In this document: positions 30,593 to 40,733 of the stretch, piece by piece
Layout of the letters: each line of letters starts with the position of its first letter
How positions within the stretch are numbered: the first letter of the stretch is position 1
From: an uncultured Rickettsiales bacterium
Lineage (GTDB): Bacteria > Pseudomonadota > Alphaproteobacteria > Rickettsiales > UBA8987
NCBI GenBank assembly: GCA_964445765.1
Contig: CAYULD010000002.1
Coordinates: 296,844-360,843, forward strand
Length of the DNA: 64,000 nucleotides
Direction: 5' to 3'
Program-made: the position numbers and the translations under genes
The notes under the pieces: model-generated
Seen by the model: the letters and a program-made list of their open reading frames with translations, nothing else
What the model was told of the DNA's origin: nothing
Databases searched by the model: none

Positions 30593-33421
30593 TTAATCAC
30601 CCTCACCAGTAACTTCAGTAATATTTTCTGAAGCCTCTGTATTTTCATTTTCATCACCAGTAATTCTTGCGGCTGAAACAATTTTTTCATTACCTTCAAT
30701 TCTGAAAATTGTAACACCAGTTGCGTTTCTGCCAGTTATTCTAATGCCATCAACAGGGCAACGAATTAGCTTACCTGTATCAGTTACAAGTAAAATTTGA
30801 TCTTTATCAGTAACTGCAAAACTACCGCAGACATTGCCATTTTTCTCACCAGTTTTAACATTGGTAACACCCTTGCCACCTCTATTTGTAATACGATATT
30901 CAAAGGCACTAGTGCGTTTGCCAAAGCCCCTTTCTGTGATGGTTAAAATAAATTCTTCATTGCGAGCATAATCAATTGCGGTATCAAAATTTATTTGACA
31001 ATTTGCTTCATTAAGAATTTTTTCTAATTTCTCTGCAACCTCTTCATTTCCAGTGCTTCTGAGTTGCTCAAGAGTGATTTTTCTATCAAAATGGAGTGAG
31101 CTTTCCTCCTTCAATTCGTGATCTTGTGAATACATTGAAGGCAGAATTTTAGCGATTGCAAGCCTTGATTCTACTGGTAAATCAAGATATTCATCTCTAA
31201 TTTGAGTGTTAACTTCAGTTCCATTGATAATAGTTAGGGAGATTACTTTATCTTGCCCATCAAGCCTAATACCCCTTACACCTGAAGAATCCCTACCCTT
31301 GAATACGCGAACCGCCTCAACTGGGCATCTTAGAGCGTTACCTTCAGCACTTGCAAGTAAAATGTGATCAGAAGGTTTTGCAGTTGAAACACCAATTAAA
31401 CTATCATTATCTTCTAAACGAATTGCAATTTTGCCGTTTGCTCTAATGGATTCAAAATCAGAAAGTTTATTTCTTCTAATATTGCCAAGTGCAGTTGCAA
31501 AGATTATATCCAATTCCTCCCAAGAAGAAGTATCCTCCGGAACAGGCAGAATAACATTGATTTTTTCATCTTGATCAAGTGGGAAAATGTTTACTAAACT
31601 TCTGCCACGAGATTGCGGATTTCCAAGTGGTAATTTATAAGTTTTTAGCTTATAAACCTTACCTTTGGTTGAGAAGAACATCATCGGTGTATGAGTATTT
31701 GCGATGAATGCTTGTGTGGTTACATCTTCTTCTTTAAGGTCAATACCGCTTCTGCCTTTACCACCCCTTTTTTGTGCGCGATAAGTTGAAAGTGGCGTGC
31801 GTTTAATATAACCGCCTAAAGTAACGGTTACCACCATATCTTCACGAGCAATTAAATCTTCAATATCATCATCAAGATTTTGTGCTTCAATGGAAGTTAG
31901 GCGAGGAGTTGCAAAATTTTCTTTAATTTCTAGAAGCTCATCTTTAATAATTTTGAAAATTTTTGCTTCATCAGCTAGAATTGAAAGATATTCTTCAATG
32001 GCTTTTGCAAGCTCATTTAATTCAGCTGTTAGTTTTTCCTGCTCTAAGCCGGTTAATCTAGCGAGCCTCATTTCTAAAATTGCTTTTGCTTGATCTTCCG
32101 TAAATTTACACCTGCCGTTGATTACCACATTAAATTCGTCATCAACTAATTTAATTAATGGTTCAACGCTTGTGGCGTTCCAATCTTTTTCCATAAGTGC
32201 GGCTTTAGCGATTGCAACATCAGCTGAGCCTCTAATTATCGCAATTACTTCATCAATATTTGCAACGGCTAATGATAAACCAACTAAAATATGCGCTCTT
32301 TCACGAGCTTTACGAAGTTCAAAAGCAGTTCTTCTAGTAACAACTTCTTTTCTAAATTTTATGAAAGAAGAAAGGACATCTTTAATATTCATCTGGCGTG
32401 GCCTGCCGTGATCAAGTGCCAAAATATTGTAGCCAAAACTTGTTTGAAGTGGTGTAAATTTATATAATTGATTTAGAACGACTGAGCCAACTGCATCTCT
32501 TTTTAATTCAATTACAACTCTAACGCCTTGTTTATCTGATTCATCACGAAGCTCTGATATTCCTTCTATTTTCTTTTCCCTAACTAGCAGGGCGATTTTC
32601 TCAACCATTAACGCTTTGTTTACTTGATAAGGAACTTCAGAAATAATAATCATTTCCCTGCCGTTGTTATCAACAATTTCAGCCTTACCACGAATCACCA
32701 CTGATCCCCTACCCTCTTGAAGCGCATTAATAGCAGGGGTTCTGCCCATTATAATGCCACCCGTTGGAAAATCAGGCCCCGGAACAATATTTGTTAATTC
32801 ATCAAGTGATGCTTCAGAATTTTCAATCAAGAATATTGTAGCATCTATCATCTCACCTAAATTATGAGGCGGAATATTAGTTGCCATACCAACGGCAATA
32901 CCGCTTGTGCCATTAACTAATAAATTAGGAAATCTAGCTGGAAGAACAGTAGGCTCTTTCTCACTACCATCATAATTATCTTGCCAGTCAATGGTTTCTT
33001 TGTCCAAATCTTCAGTAAGTTTATGTGCAATTTTTGCCATTCTAGATTCAGTATAACGCATTGCCGCAGGGTTATCCCCATCCATTGAGCCAAAGTTACC
33101 TTGCCCATCTACAAGTGGCACACGCATTGAAAATGGCTGAGCCATACGAACTAATGAATCATAAATCGCTGTATCACCATGTGGGTGATATTTACCCATT
33201 ACATCACCGACAATACGAGCAGATTTTCTATAAGGCTTGCCATAATGCGCCCCCGTATCTTGCATTGAATAGATAATTCTTCTATGAACTGGCTTTAAGC
33301 CATCACGAGCATCAGGGATAGCACGGCTAACTATAACGCTCATTGCGTAATCTAGGTAGCTTGATTCCATCTCTTTCTTAATGGAAATAGGAATAATTTC
33401 AGCGATATTTGAAATAGACAT
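30593..33421 (-). CDS. gyrA: DNA gyrase subunit A
   Basis: [27 protein letters not shown], GyrA box QKRGGKG. Confidence 0.97.
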   Translation of the reverse strand: MSISNIAEIIPISIKKEMESSYLDYAMSVIVSRAIPDARDGLKPVHRRIIYSMQDTGAHYGKPYRKSARIVGDVMGKYHPHGDTAIYDSLVRMAQPFSMRVPLVDGQGNFGSMDGDNPAAMRYTESRMAKIAHKLTEDLDKETIDWQDNYDGSEKEPTVLPARFPNLLVNGTSGIAVGMATNIPPHNLGEMIDATIFLIENSEASLDELTNIVPGPDFPTGGIIMGRTPAINALQEGRGSVVIRGKAEIVDNNGREMIIISEVPYQVNKALMVEKIALLVREKKIEGISELRDESDKQGVRVVIELKRDAVGSVVLNQLYKFTPLQTSFGYNILALDHGRPRQMNIKDVLSSFIKFRKEVVTRRTAFELRKARERAHILVGLSLAVANIDEVIAIIRGSADVAIAKAALMEKDWNATSVEPLIKLVDDEFNVVINGRCKFTEDQAKAILEMRLARLTGLEQEKLTAELNELAKAIEEYLSILADEAKIFKIIKDELLEIKENFATPRLTSIEAQNLDDDIEDLIAREDMVVTVTLGGYIKRTPLSTYRAQKRGGKGRSGIDLKEEDVTTQAFIANTHTPMMFFSTKGKVYKLKTYKLPLGNPQSRGRSLVNIFPLDQDEKINVILPVPEDTSSWEELDIIFATALGNIRRNKLSDFESIRANGKIAIRLEDNDSLIGVSTAKPSDHILLASAEGNALRCPVEAVRVFKGRDSSGVRGIRLDGQDKVISLTIINGTEVNTQIRDEYLDLPVESRLAIAKILPSMYSQDHELKEESSLHFDRKITLEQLRSTGNEEVAEKLEKILNEANCQINFDTAIDYARNEEFILTITERGFGKRTSAFEYRITNRGGKGVTNVKTGEKNGNVCGSFAVTDKDQILLVTDTGKLIRCPVDGIRITGRNATGVTIFRIEGNEKIVSAARITGDENENTEASENITEVTGEGD

Positions 33422-33563
33422 ATATAAAGCAATTAAAACTAATAAATTTTCTAATGGTTTTATAGATTAATTGAGGCTTTATAGCAACCTTTTTAGTTAG
33501 GAATTTTTTGTCTGGCTTTCGGGGTGTTAAGAGGGAATTTTTTAAGGTAGAAAATTTGTAATT

Positions 33564-34778
33564 CTACCACTCGCCATCTTGTCTATCAATGTGTTTTTTA
33601 ACAATTGAAATGAAGCTAGAGAGGTTTTTGATTTTCTTACCGCGAGATAAACTAATAATTTTCTTAATATATTCGTGTAAATCTTCTTTTGCTTTTGGCG
33701 TTCCAAATTTTTCAGATTCAATATCCATTTGGTTAATTACCCAGATTGAAAATCTCACAGCTTCAAATAATGCATCAGGTAAATTTGCCCTATCATAAAG
33801 GGCTTTTAAGCCGTGATCTAAATCTGTAACTAATTTTCTAATATTTGAAAATTTAACGCCTGCAAGCCTCGCCATACAAATTTCAAACATAGTTTTATTG
33901 CCAAGTGCTATCGCAGAAATTGGCACAAACTGCCCTATAGGCTCAAAATCATTTAAAATAAATGTTAACTTGCCGTGGATAGGCTCAAGTGCTTGCTCAA
34001 GCTGATTATTGCTTTCAAGCATATTAATAAGCTCTATTAAATCTTCACCAAAGATTTTCATATTACCAAAGCGGAATGCCGCAATTTCACCAGAATCTTT
34101 GAATAGAGAATTTATTTTATCAAAGTTACAACTATATTTCTTTTCAAGTTTTGTTCTAATAACTTCAGAAACTTTTTTAGTAATACTAACAACTATATGT
34201 GATGGAATAGAGCCACGCGTAATTAGTGATTCAATAATCTCTTCTTTATTAGAATGGCTATCTGCGATATTTTCATAATCTTTTTCACTGATTTGAGCAG
34301 TAGTGTTTTGTAATAGGCTTGCAATTACATCTTCATTGTTAACCTCAACCAAAGCACCAGAAACATTCTCAGATAAACCTTCCCTGCGGGATATAGCAAT
34401 TTGCTTTTCTGTGCTGTTAGATGTTTTAATAATCTCAACTAAATCTTCATCAGTTAAAATTTGTGAGAATTCAAGAATTGGGCGAGATACATCATCAATA
34501 TCTTTTGCTAAAGTAAGCAGAACATCCCTCGGCACAGAATCTGTGTTCATAAGGTTTTCAGCGAGAGATTTTCTAACCCCTACTTCCGCAAATTTAAGGA
34601 GTAACCTAAAAATTTCTTCAGCTAAACCCTTTTCTTTATCTGAGAAGCCTTTAGTAGCATATTGCCCTGAGATTTTATCAACAACTTTGATTTTAGTTTC
34701 TAGGTTGCCTTGCTGAGTTAGCATTTTAACATCATCAGTGGATAATTTATCTGGTTCATTCATTCTTATAAAAGCCAT
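33564..34778 (-). CDS. DUF2336 family protein
   Basis: AEEIFRLL, VR..LAE.L, LA.D...VS.PILE.S..L.DEDL, AI.RR..LS..V. Confidence 0.75.
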   Translation of the reverse strand: MAFIRMNEPDKLSTDDVKMLTQQGNLETKIKVVDKISGQYATKGFSDKEKGLAEEIFRLLLKFAEVGVRKSLAENLMNTDSVPRDVLLTLAKDIDDVSRPILEFSQILTDEDLVEIIKTSNSTEKQIAISRREGLSENVSGALVEVNNEDVIASLLQNTTAQISEKDYENIADSHSNKEEIIESLITRGSIPSHIVVSITKKVSEVIRTKLEKKYSCNFDKINSLFKDSGEIAAFRFGNMKIFGEDLIELINMLESNNQLEQALEPIHGKLTFILNDFEPIGQFVPISAIALGNKTMFEICMARLAGVKFSNIRKLVTDLDHGLKALYDRANLPDALFEAVRFSIWVINQMDIESEKFGTPKAKEDLHEYIKKIISLSRGKKIKNLSSFISIVKKHIDRQDGEW

Positions 34779-35002
34779 TTTAGATAAATTTATTGTTAGA
34801 TTTTATTACAATATAATCAACAAATTATTTCAAAAAAAGAGGTTTTAAGGTGTTATTGCTCAAAGTTTAATTTAATTTATTATATTAAAACAACAAATTA
34901 AGCCTAAAAACATTTTTGCTTGCAATTTATTTATCTTAACATATTGAATTAAATAAGGTAAATTAAAATTTGTTAAAATTGCAACATAGCGAAAAAAATT
35001 GG

Positions 35003-35037
35003 TTGCAATTAGGTTTAATCTAGCTATTATCCGCCCC
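35003..35037 (+). promoter_or_regulatory. Putative sigma70 promoter with GC-rich discriminator for the rpsF operon
   Basis: TTGCAA-16-TATTAT followed by CCGCCCC. Confidence 0.45.
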
Positions 35038-35060
35038 TCTAAAAGTTTAATTTATAATTT

Positions 35061-35384
35061 ATGCCACTATACGAAACTACATTTATTGTTCGCCCTGAGC
35101 TTGCACCTGCAGATGTTGAAAAGGTTGCTTCTAGCTTTGAAGAAGTTATCACTACAGCTGGTGATAAACTTGTTAAAAAAGAATTTTGGGGCCTAAGAGA
35201 CCTTGCTTACAAAATTAAAAAAAGTAAGAAAGGGCATTATGTTCACTTTGGTATTGATGCTAAAGCATCCACTGTATCTGAGCTTAGAAGAAAGCTTGGC
35301 ATCAGTGAAGATGTTATTAGAGATTTAACTATTAAAGTTGAAAAAATCTCTAACGATAACACAAACTTAAACAGCGAAGATTAA
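35061..35384 (+). CDS. rpsF: 30S ribosomal protein S6
   Basis: MPLYETTFIVRP, WGLRDLAYKIKK..KGHY. Confidence 0.97.
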   Translation: MPLYETTFIVRPELAPADVEKVASSFEEVITTAGDKLVKKEFWGLRDLAYKIKKSKKGHYVHFGIDAKASTVSELRRKLGISEDVIRDLTIKVEKISNDNTNLNSED

Positions 35385-35394
35385 TTGAGGATTT

Positions 35395-35685
35395 ATGGCT
35401 TATAAAAAAGATAAAAAGAAATTTGACGAATCAAAATTTCAAATCAACCCTGCAATGTTGCCTCAGGTTTTCTCTAAGAGAGAGAGGGAATGCCCACTTT
35501 CTGGTGAAAACGCACCTATTGTTAATTACAAAAATGTTTCATTGTTGAAAAAATTCATTTCTGAAAGGGGTAAAATTCTTCCTAGAAGAATTACTTCTAT
35601 TACTGCTAAAAAGCAAAGGGAGCTTGCAGAATCAATTAAACTTGCAAGAAATATCGCTTTATTGCCTTATGTTAGCAATCAATAA
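35395..35685 (+). CDS. rpsR: 30S ribosomal protein S18
   Basis: [22 protein letters not shown]...KKQRELA..IK.AR..ALLPY. Confidence 0.97.
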   Translation: MAYKKDKKKFDESKFQINPAMLPQVFSKRERECPLSGENAPIVNYKNVSLLKKFISERGKILPRRITSITAKKQRELAESIKLARNIALLPYVSNQ

Positions 35686-35714
35686 TTTATATAGAAAATT
35701 TTAATAGTAATTTT

Positions 35715-36308
35715 ATGAAAGTTATACTTCTTGAAAAATTCAAAAATCTTGGTGAAGTTGGTGAGCTGGTTGAAGTTAAATCTGGCTATGCTAGAAATTT
35801 CCTTATTCCTAATCGCAAGGCGGTTTTTGCAACTAAGCAAAATATTGTAGATTTTGAATCTAAAAAAGCTGAGCTTCAAGAGCAATCTAAGAAAAGAGAA
35901 GCGGAAGCAAATAAAATTGCTGATAAAATTAGAAATAAAATTCTTGCGGTTATTAAGCAAGCTGGTGATGATGGCAGGCTTTATGGTGCAGTTAACTCAA
36001 GTGATGTAGTTATTGAGCTCAAGAAAGAGACAAATATTGAAATTGATAGAAAGCAAGTTACAATTTCAACTGCAATAAAATTTGTTGGTTTTTACCAAGT
36101 TTATGTTGATTTAGGTGAAGGTGTTTCTGCACAAATTTATGTGAATGTTGCAAGGGGTGAAGCGGAAGCAGAAGAACAAAAAAATAAATTCCTTACTGGT
36201 AAAATTAAGTTAGGCTCTTCTTCATCTGCTGAAGCAGAAGTTACAACCTCTAAGAAAGAACAAAATAAAGAAGCTGAAAAGCCTGCTTCAGAAGCTACAC
36301 AGGCTTAA
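35715..36308 (+). CDS. rplI: 50S ribosomal protein L9
   Basis: MKVILLE...LG..G..V.VKSGYARNFLIP, GRLYGAV. Confidence 0.97.
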   Translation: MKVILLEKFKNLGEVGELVEVKSGYARNFLIPNRKAVFATKQNIVDFESKKAELQEQSKKREAEANKIADKIRNKILAVIKQAGDDGRLYGAVNSSDVVIELKKETNIEIDRKQVTISTAIKFVGFYQVYVDLGEGVSAQIYVNVARGEAEAEEQKNKFLTGKIKLGSSSSAEAEVTTSKKEQNKEAEKPASEATQA

Positions 36309-36313
36309 TAATA

Positions 36314-36479
36314 AGGAAGTGTTCACTATCCATAGGTATATCTGTCATTACCCGAATTTTTATAAAGATATCAATCTTTAGAAAAATTATAGGGTAATCT
36401 AAATCAATAGGTTAATGGATCGCCCTATAGTTGCTTCGCAACTCGGGCGATGACAATCTATACATATTGAACACTTCCT
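36314..36479. repeat. Composite palindromic element: GTCAT...ATGAC repeat nested in a 12-bp inverted repeat
   Basis: Outer AGGAAGTGTTCA/TGAACACTTCCT; inner TGTCATTACCCGA...TCGGGCGATGACA. Confidence 0.7.
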
Positions 36480-36565
36480 AATATTATATTTTTTTGTTAG
36501 AAAATAGCAATTTAGGCAAGCAATTTATCTTTAGTTTTTTTATTAAAATATTTTATATCTAGCTA

Positions 36566-36627
36566 TGTCATGTTGAGCTTAGCGAAATATCTACAGATTT
36601 TGCCCTTTCGTTTTGCTTTAGAATCAT
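36566..36627. repeat. Degenerate GTCAT-family repeat
   Basis: TGTCATGTTGAGCTTAGCGAAATATCT nearly identical to the start of the 30373 copy. Confidence 0.6.
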
Positions 36628-36712
36628 ATGAATACTCTCTATATTAAGTAATCACTTACAAATATGTTTCTTAAATCTATTGACATTGCAATAAAATAAA
36701 ATAGATAGATTT

Positions 36713-36983
36713 ATAGTAAAATGCATTTGAATTAATTGGTTTGCAACAAGATAATTTTGCTTAATAACAAGAAAAAATCAAGTGAGATACTTATTGATAT
36801 CTCCGCAGATTTTTTCGCAGTTAGAAGGCAAAATTATCAGTTGCCCTGTGGGTTGTGAGTAAAAAATAAAAATTATTTCGTTAAAAAGCTCGTAGATATG
36901 AATAACTATCTCGCTCGCTTTTTGCCTGCTAATTTTTATTTTTTACTCACAACAAACTAACTAATTCAAATTCATTTTACTAT
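36713..36983. mobile_element. ~271-bp structured palindromic element, copy 3
   Basis: 31-bp terminal inverted repeat ATAGTAAAATGCATTTGAATTAATTGGTTTG (3 mismatches); core near-identical in places to copy 2 (TTCGTTAAAAAGCTCG.AGATATGAATAACTATCTCGCTCGCTTTTTGCCTGCTA). Confidence 0.8.
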
Positions 36984-36994
36984 CACTTTCACAT

Positions 36995-37071
36995 GCCGTC
37001 TTAGCTCAGCTGGCCAGAGCGGCTGATTTGTAATCAGCGGGTCGGGGGTTCGAATCCCTCAGACGGCACCA
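36995..37071 (+). tRNA. tRNA-Thr (TGT)
   Basis: GCCGTCT acceptor stem, GCTGA-TTTGTAA-TCAGC anticodon arm, GTTCGAATC T-loop, encoded CCA. Confidence 0.96.
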
Positions 37072-37152
37072 CTTTCTAATTCTAATAGTCTATCTTCTCA
37101 ATTAATTAATTTTGATTCTAAGGATATTCGAAGGATTATAACTATTTTATTT

Positions 37153-37188
37153 ATTCCTATTGACATTATAGGAATTAAACTATATAAT
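37153..37188 (+). promoter_or_regulatory. Consensus sigma70 promoter with a palindromic operator over the -35
   Basis: TTGACA (37160-37165)-17-TATAAT (37183-37188); ATTCCTAT-N7-ATAGGAAT palindrome. Confidence 0.75.
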
Positions 37189-37276
37189 ACCGATATGAAT
37201 AGTTTGATTCCCTGTTTCTTGAATGAATTCATATTCTAGGCTATTCAAAATAAATTATAAGATTAATTAGATTAAT

Positions 37277-38683
37277 ATGAGAAAAAAAACTGAAAAATTA
37301 AAATTTTTATCTTTCTTGGGTATATTTTTGCTATCAAGCAATAATTTTGCCTATGCAGATGAAGCTAAAAATTATTACATTGAACCTAAATCATATGCAA
37401 CTAAGAGGGAAACTGACCCACCGCGTTATGTGAAAACTTTGGGTAAAACCACCTTTGAGCAATATAAGGATATAAATTGGCTTGATGTTGGCTTTGAAAA
37501 TAGAACTCGTTATGAATATCGTGATAAAGATGTTAGAAGAAATGTTATAACGCTGGATCAGCCAATATTAAATAGAACAAGGGTTTATTTTGGAGTTAAA
37601 GAGATTTTAGATCCATTCAGGTTTGTAATTGAACTTCAAGATTCAAGGGTGAATAATAGTAAATTCCCTCGTGATGATAGAGATGTAAATGAATTTGAAA
37701 TTTTACAGGTTTATAATGAACTTCTTTATCAAAATGCGTTTGGGGATGAAAAACCTTTTCGTGTAAGGCTTGGCAGGCAGGCTTTTGAGTTTCTTGATAG
37801 AAGATTAATAGCAAGAAATGAATGGCGAAATACTACCAATAATTTTGAAGGGCTTTATGCAACATTAGGGCAAGAGAAAAACCCTTATCAGCTTGATATA
37901 TTAGCACTTCAACCAGTGAGAAGGTTGCTTACTGAGTTTGATCAAAGAAATGAAAATATTTGGTTTTATGGCGGTATTGGGCATATCAGAAAGTGGAATG
38001 ATATTATTACTCTAGAGCCATATTATTTAGGGCTTGATCAAGAGCAATCAGTAAACACAACAAATAGGCAAATAAACTCATATGGTTTAAGGGGTTATGG
38101 ATTATTTGGAAATAGTGGCTTTGATTATGATTTTGATGTTGTTTTACAAAGGGGTAGAGATAATAAAAGAAAAAATGATGCATTAGGTTATACAACTGAA
38201 ATTGGCTATAGTTTTAACCATAATTGGAAACCAAGAGTAAGCCTAAATTACGGCTTTGGTAGCGGTGATGAAAACCCTAATGATTTAGAGAATAATAGAT
38301 TTGAGAGATTTTACGGGTTTGCAAGGCCTTGGTCTAATAATGATTATTTTCAGTGGGAAAATTTGCACGCACCAAAATTTAGGGTTGAATTAACCCCAGA
38401 TGATAAAAATAGGATAGATTTTGGCTATAATGGCTATTGGCTTGCAAGTGATAGGGATAGATGGAATATAGCAAATGTAAGGGATACAAGCGGTAATAGT
38501 GGTAATTTCTTAGGGCATGAATTTGATATTAGGTATAGAAGTAGCATTACACCTTTAATTAATACAAATATTGGTTACTCAGTATTTACGCCGGGTGAAT
38601 TTACCAAGAATATGAAGAGCCAAGATACATCGCAATTCTTTTACTTTGAACTGAGTTTGTATCTGTTTGAAGATAAAAAGTAG
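37277..38683 (+). CDS. Alginate-export-family outer-membrane porin, probably sulfate-uptake associated
   Basis: Signal peptide; R.RYEYR, ELQDSR, RLGRQ, RRLIARN.WRN..N.F.G motifs; directly upstream of sbp-cysTWA. Confidence 0.75.
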   Translation: MRKKTEKLKFLSFLGIFLLSSNNFAYADEAKNYYIEPKSYATKRETDPPRYVKTLGKTTFEQYKDINWLDVGFENRTRYEYRDKDVRRNVITLDQPILNRTRVYFGVKEILDPFRFVIELQDSRVNNSKFPRDDRDVNEFEILQVYNELLYQNAFGDEKPFRVRLGRQAFEFLDRRLIARNEWRNTTNNFEGLYATLGQEKNPYQLDILALQPVRRLLTEFDQRNENIWFYGGIGHIRKWNDIITLEPYYLGLDQEQSVNTTNRQINSYGLRGYGLFGNSGFDYDFDVVLQRGRDNKRKNDALGYTTEIGYSFNHNWKPRVSLNYGFGSGDENPNDLENNRFERFYGFARPWSNNDYFQWENLHAPKFRVELTPDDKNRIDFGYNGYWLASDRDRWNIANVRDTSGNSGNFLGHEFDIRYRSSITPLINTNIGYSVFTPGEFTKNMKSQDTSQFFYFELSLYLFEDKK

Positions 38684-38696
38684 AAATTACTGCATA

Positions 38697-38783
38697 TTTG
38701 TCATCTTGAGCAAAGCGAAAGATCTAATAATCAAAAATTTAGATTCTTCCCCTTCGCTTCGCTCTAGGGGTCAGAATGACAAA
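38697..38783. repeat. GTCAT...ATGAC palindromic repeat
   Basis: TTTGTCATCTTGAGCAAAGCGAAAGATCT...AGATTCTTC...TCAGAATGACAAA. Confidence 0.7.
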
Positions 38784-38850
38784 AATATGAAAGTAAAAAG
38801 ATAAAGTAGAAATTTAACAATTTTAATATATATAAAAAAAGGGAGAATTT

Positions 38851-39870
38851 ATGAAAAGATTATTTTTAATATCAACTATTGCGTTAAGCATTTTTAATTC
38901 TGCAATAACAGAAAATAACTTTGCTAAAGCAGAAGATAAAAAAATTGAAATTCTTAATGTTTCTTACGATCCAACTAGAGAATTTTATGAAGATTATAAT
39001 AAAGTTTTCGCAAAATATTGGAAGGATACAAAAAACCAAAAACTAAAAATAGTTCAATCTCACGGCGGTTCTGGCAAGCAAGCACGCTCAGTAATTGATG
39101 GTTTAGAGGCTGATATTGTTACCCTCGCACTTGCTTATGATATTGATGTAATTTTTGAAAAGGCTGGCTTAGTTGCAAAAGATTGGGAGAATAAATTTCC
39201 TAATTATAGTGCCCCTTATACTTCAACTATCGTGTTTTTGGTTAAGAAAAATAACCCTAAAAATATTAAAGATTGGGCTGATTTAGTAAAAGAAAATGTA
39301 AAAGTTATCACCCCTAACCCTAAAACATCTGGTGGTGCAAGGTGGAATTATATTGCAGCTTATGCTTATGCCCTAAAAGAATTTAATAATGATGAGGCCA
39401 AAGCAAAAGATTTCTTAAATAAATTATTTAGAAATGTGCCTGTGCTTGATGCAGGGGCTAGGGGTTCAACCACTACTTTTGCACAAAGGGGCATTGGTGA
39501 TGTTCTAATAACTTGGGAAAATGAAGCTCACCTTGCAAAAGAGGAGTTTGGCGGTGATAGATTTGAAATAATCTACCCTTCAATTTCTATATTAGCTGAG
39601 CCACCAGTTGCAGTTGTTGAAAAAATTGCCAAGAAAAGAGGCACAGAAGCTGTTGCAACTGAGTATCTAAAATTTTTATATAATGAAGAATCGCAAAGAA
39701 TTATTGCAAAACATCATTTTAGACCTTACGAGAAAAAAATTGCTGAGGAATTTTCAGAAAAATTTCCAGCAATTGAGTTAGTTACCATTAGAGATTTCGG
39801 CGGTTGGAATGATGTTCAGAAGAAACATTTTGACGATGGTGGCATCTTTGATGAAATTATGAAAAGGTAA
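38851..39870 (+). CDS. sbp: Sulfate ABC transporter substrate-binding protein
   Basis: [43 protein letters not shown]. Confidence 0.93.
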   Translation: MKRLFLISTIALSIFNSAITENNFAKAEDKKIEILNVSYDPTREFYEDYNKVFAKYWKDTKNQKLKIVQSHGGSGKQARSVIDGLEADIVTLALAYDIDVIFEKAGLVAKDWENKFPNYSAPYTSTIVFLVKKNNPKNIKDWADLVKENVKVITPNPKTSGGARWNYIAAYAYALKEFNNDEAKAKDFLNKLFRNVPVLDAGARGSTTTFAQRGIGDVLITWENEAHLAKEEFGGDRFEIIYPSISILAEPPVAVVEKIAKKRGTEAVATEYLKFLYNEESQRIIAKHHFRPYEKKIAEEFSEKFPAIELVTIRDFGGWNDVQKKHFDDGGIFDEIMKR

Positions 39871-39883
39871 AATATATTTATTA

Positions 39884-40729
39884 ATGTTAGCGAGTAAGAA
39901 AATAAGACTTAAAAAACCAAGCGTTATACCGGGCTTTGGCATTACAATGGGCTTCACAATCTTCTATTTGGGGCTTATTGTGATAATTCCACTCTCTGGG
40001 TTATTTTTCAAAACTGCACAAATGACCTTTGAACAGTTTTGGAACACCGTTACTGACGAAAGAGTTGTAAGTGCATATAAAATTAGCTTTGGCTGCTCAT
40101 TAGTTGCTGCTCTAATCAATGTAGTTTTTGGCACAATGCTGGCTTGGACGCTCACTCGCTATGATTTTCCTCTGAAAAAGCTGATTGATGCTATTGTAGA
40201 TTTACCTTTCGCCTTGCCAACTGCGGTTGCAGGTATTGCCTTAACCGCTTTATATGCCCCAAATGGTTGGATAGGAAGGTATTTTGAGCCTTATGATATT
40301 ATGCTTGCATTTAATCAAACTGGTATAATCATTGCACTAAGTTTTATAGGCTTGCCTTTTGTGGTTAGAACTGTGCAACCTGTTCTTGAAGATCTCAACC
40401 AAGAAATTGAAGAAGCTGCAAGCTCTTTAGGTGCAACTAGGTTTCAAACTTTTACTAAAATAATCCTACCTCATATCACGCCTGCACTTTTAACAGGTTT
40501 TGCAATGGCGTTTGCTAGGGCATTGGGTGAATATGGCTCAGTAATTTTCATCGCTGGCAATATGCCTATGGTTTCAGAAATTGTGCCATTATTAATTGTT
40601 ATAAAACTTGAGCAATATGATTATACAGGTGCAACTGCAATAGCGGTTGTTATGTTGTTGGCATCTTTTATAATGCTGTTTGTAATTAACCAATTACAAC
40701 GCTTAGAACAAAAAAAATTAGATAAATAA
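39884..40729 (+). CDS. cysT: Sulfate ABC transporter permease CysT
   Basis: PGFG.T.G, DLPFALPTAVAGI, EEAA.SLGA, ARALGEYGSV. Confidence 0.93.
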   Translation: MLASKKIRLKKPSVIPGFGITMGFTIFYLGLIVIIPLSGLFFKTAQMTFEQFWNTVTDERVVSAYKISFGCSLVAALINVVFGTMLAWTLTRYDFPLKKLIDAIVDLPFALPTAVAGIALTALYAPNGWIGRYFEPYDIMLAFNQTGIIIALSFIGLPFVVRTVQPVLEDLNQEIEEAASSLGATRFQTFTKIILPHITPALLTGFAMAFARALGEYGSVIFIAGNMPMVSEIVPLLIVIKLEQYDYTGATAIAVVMLLASFIMLFVINQLQRLEQKKLDK

Positions 40730-40733
40730 TAAA

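Noticed and set aside
30960-31230. Intein in GyrA
   Set aside because: Too short, no C/S...HN splice motifs, and not at the known GyrA intein site
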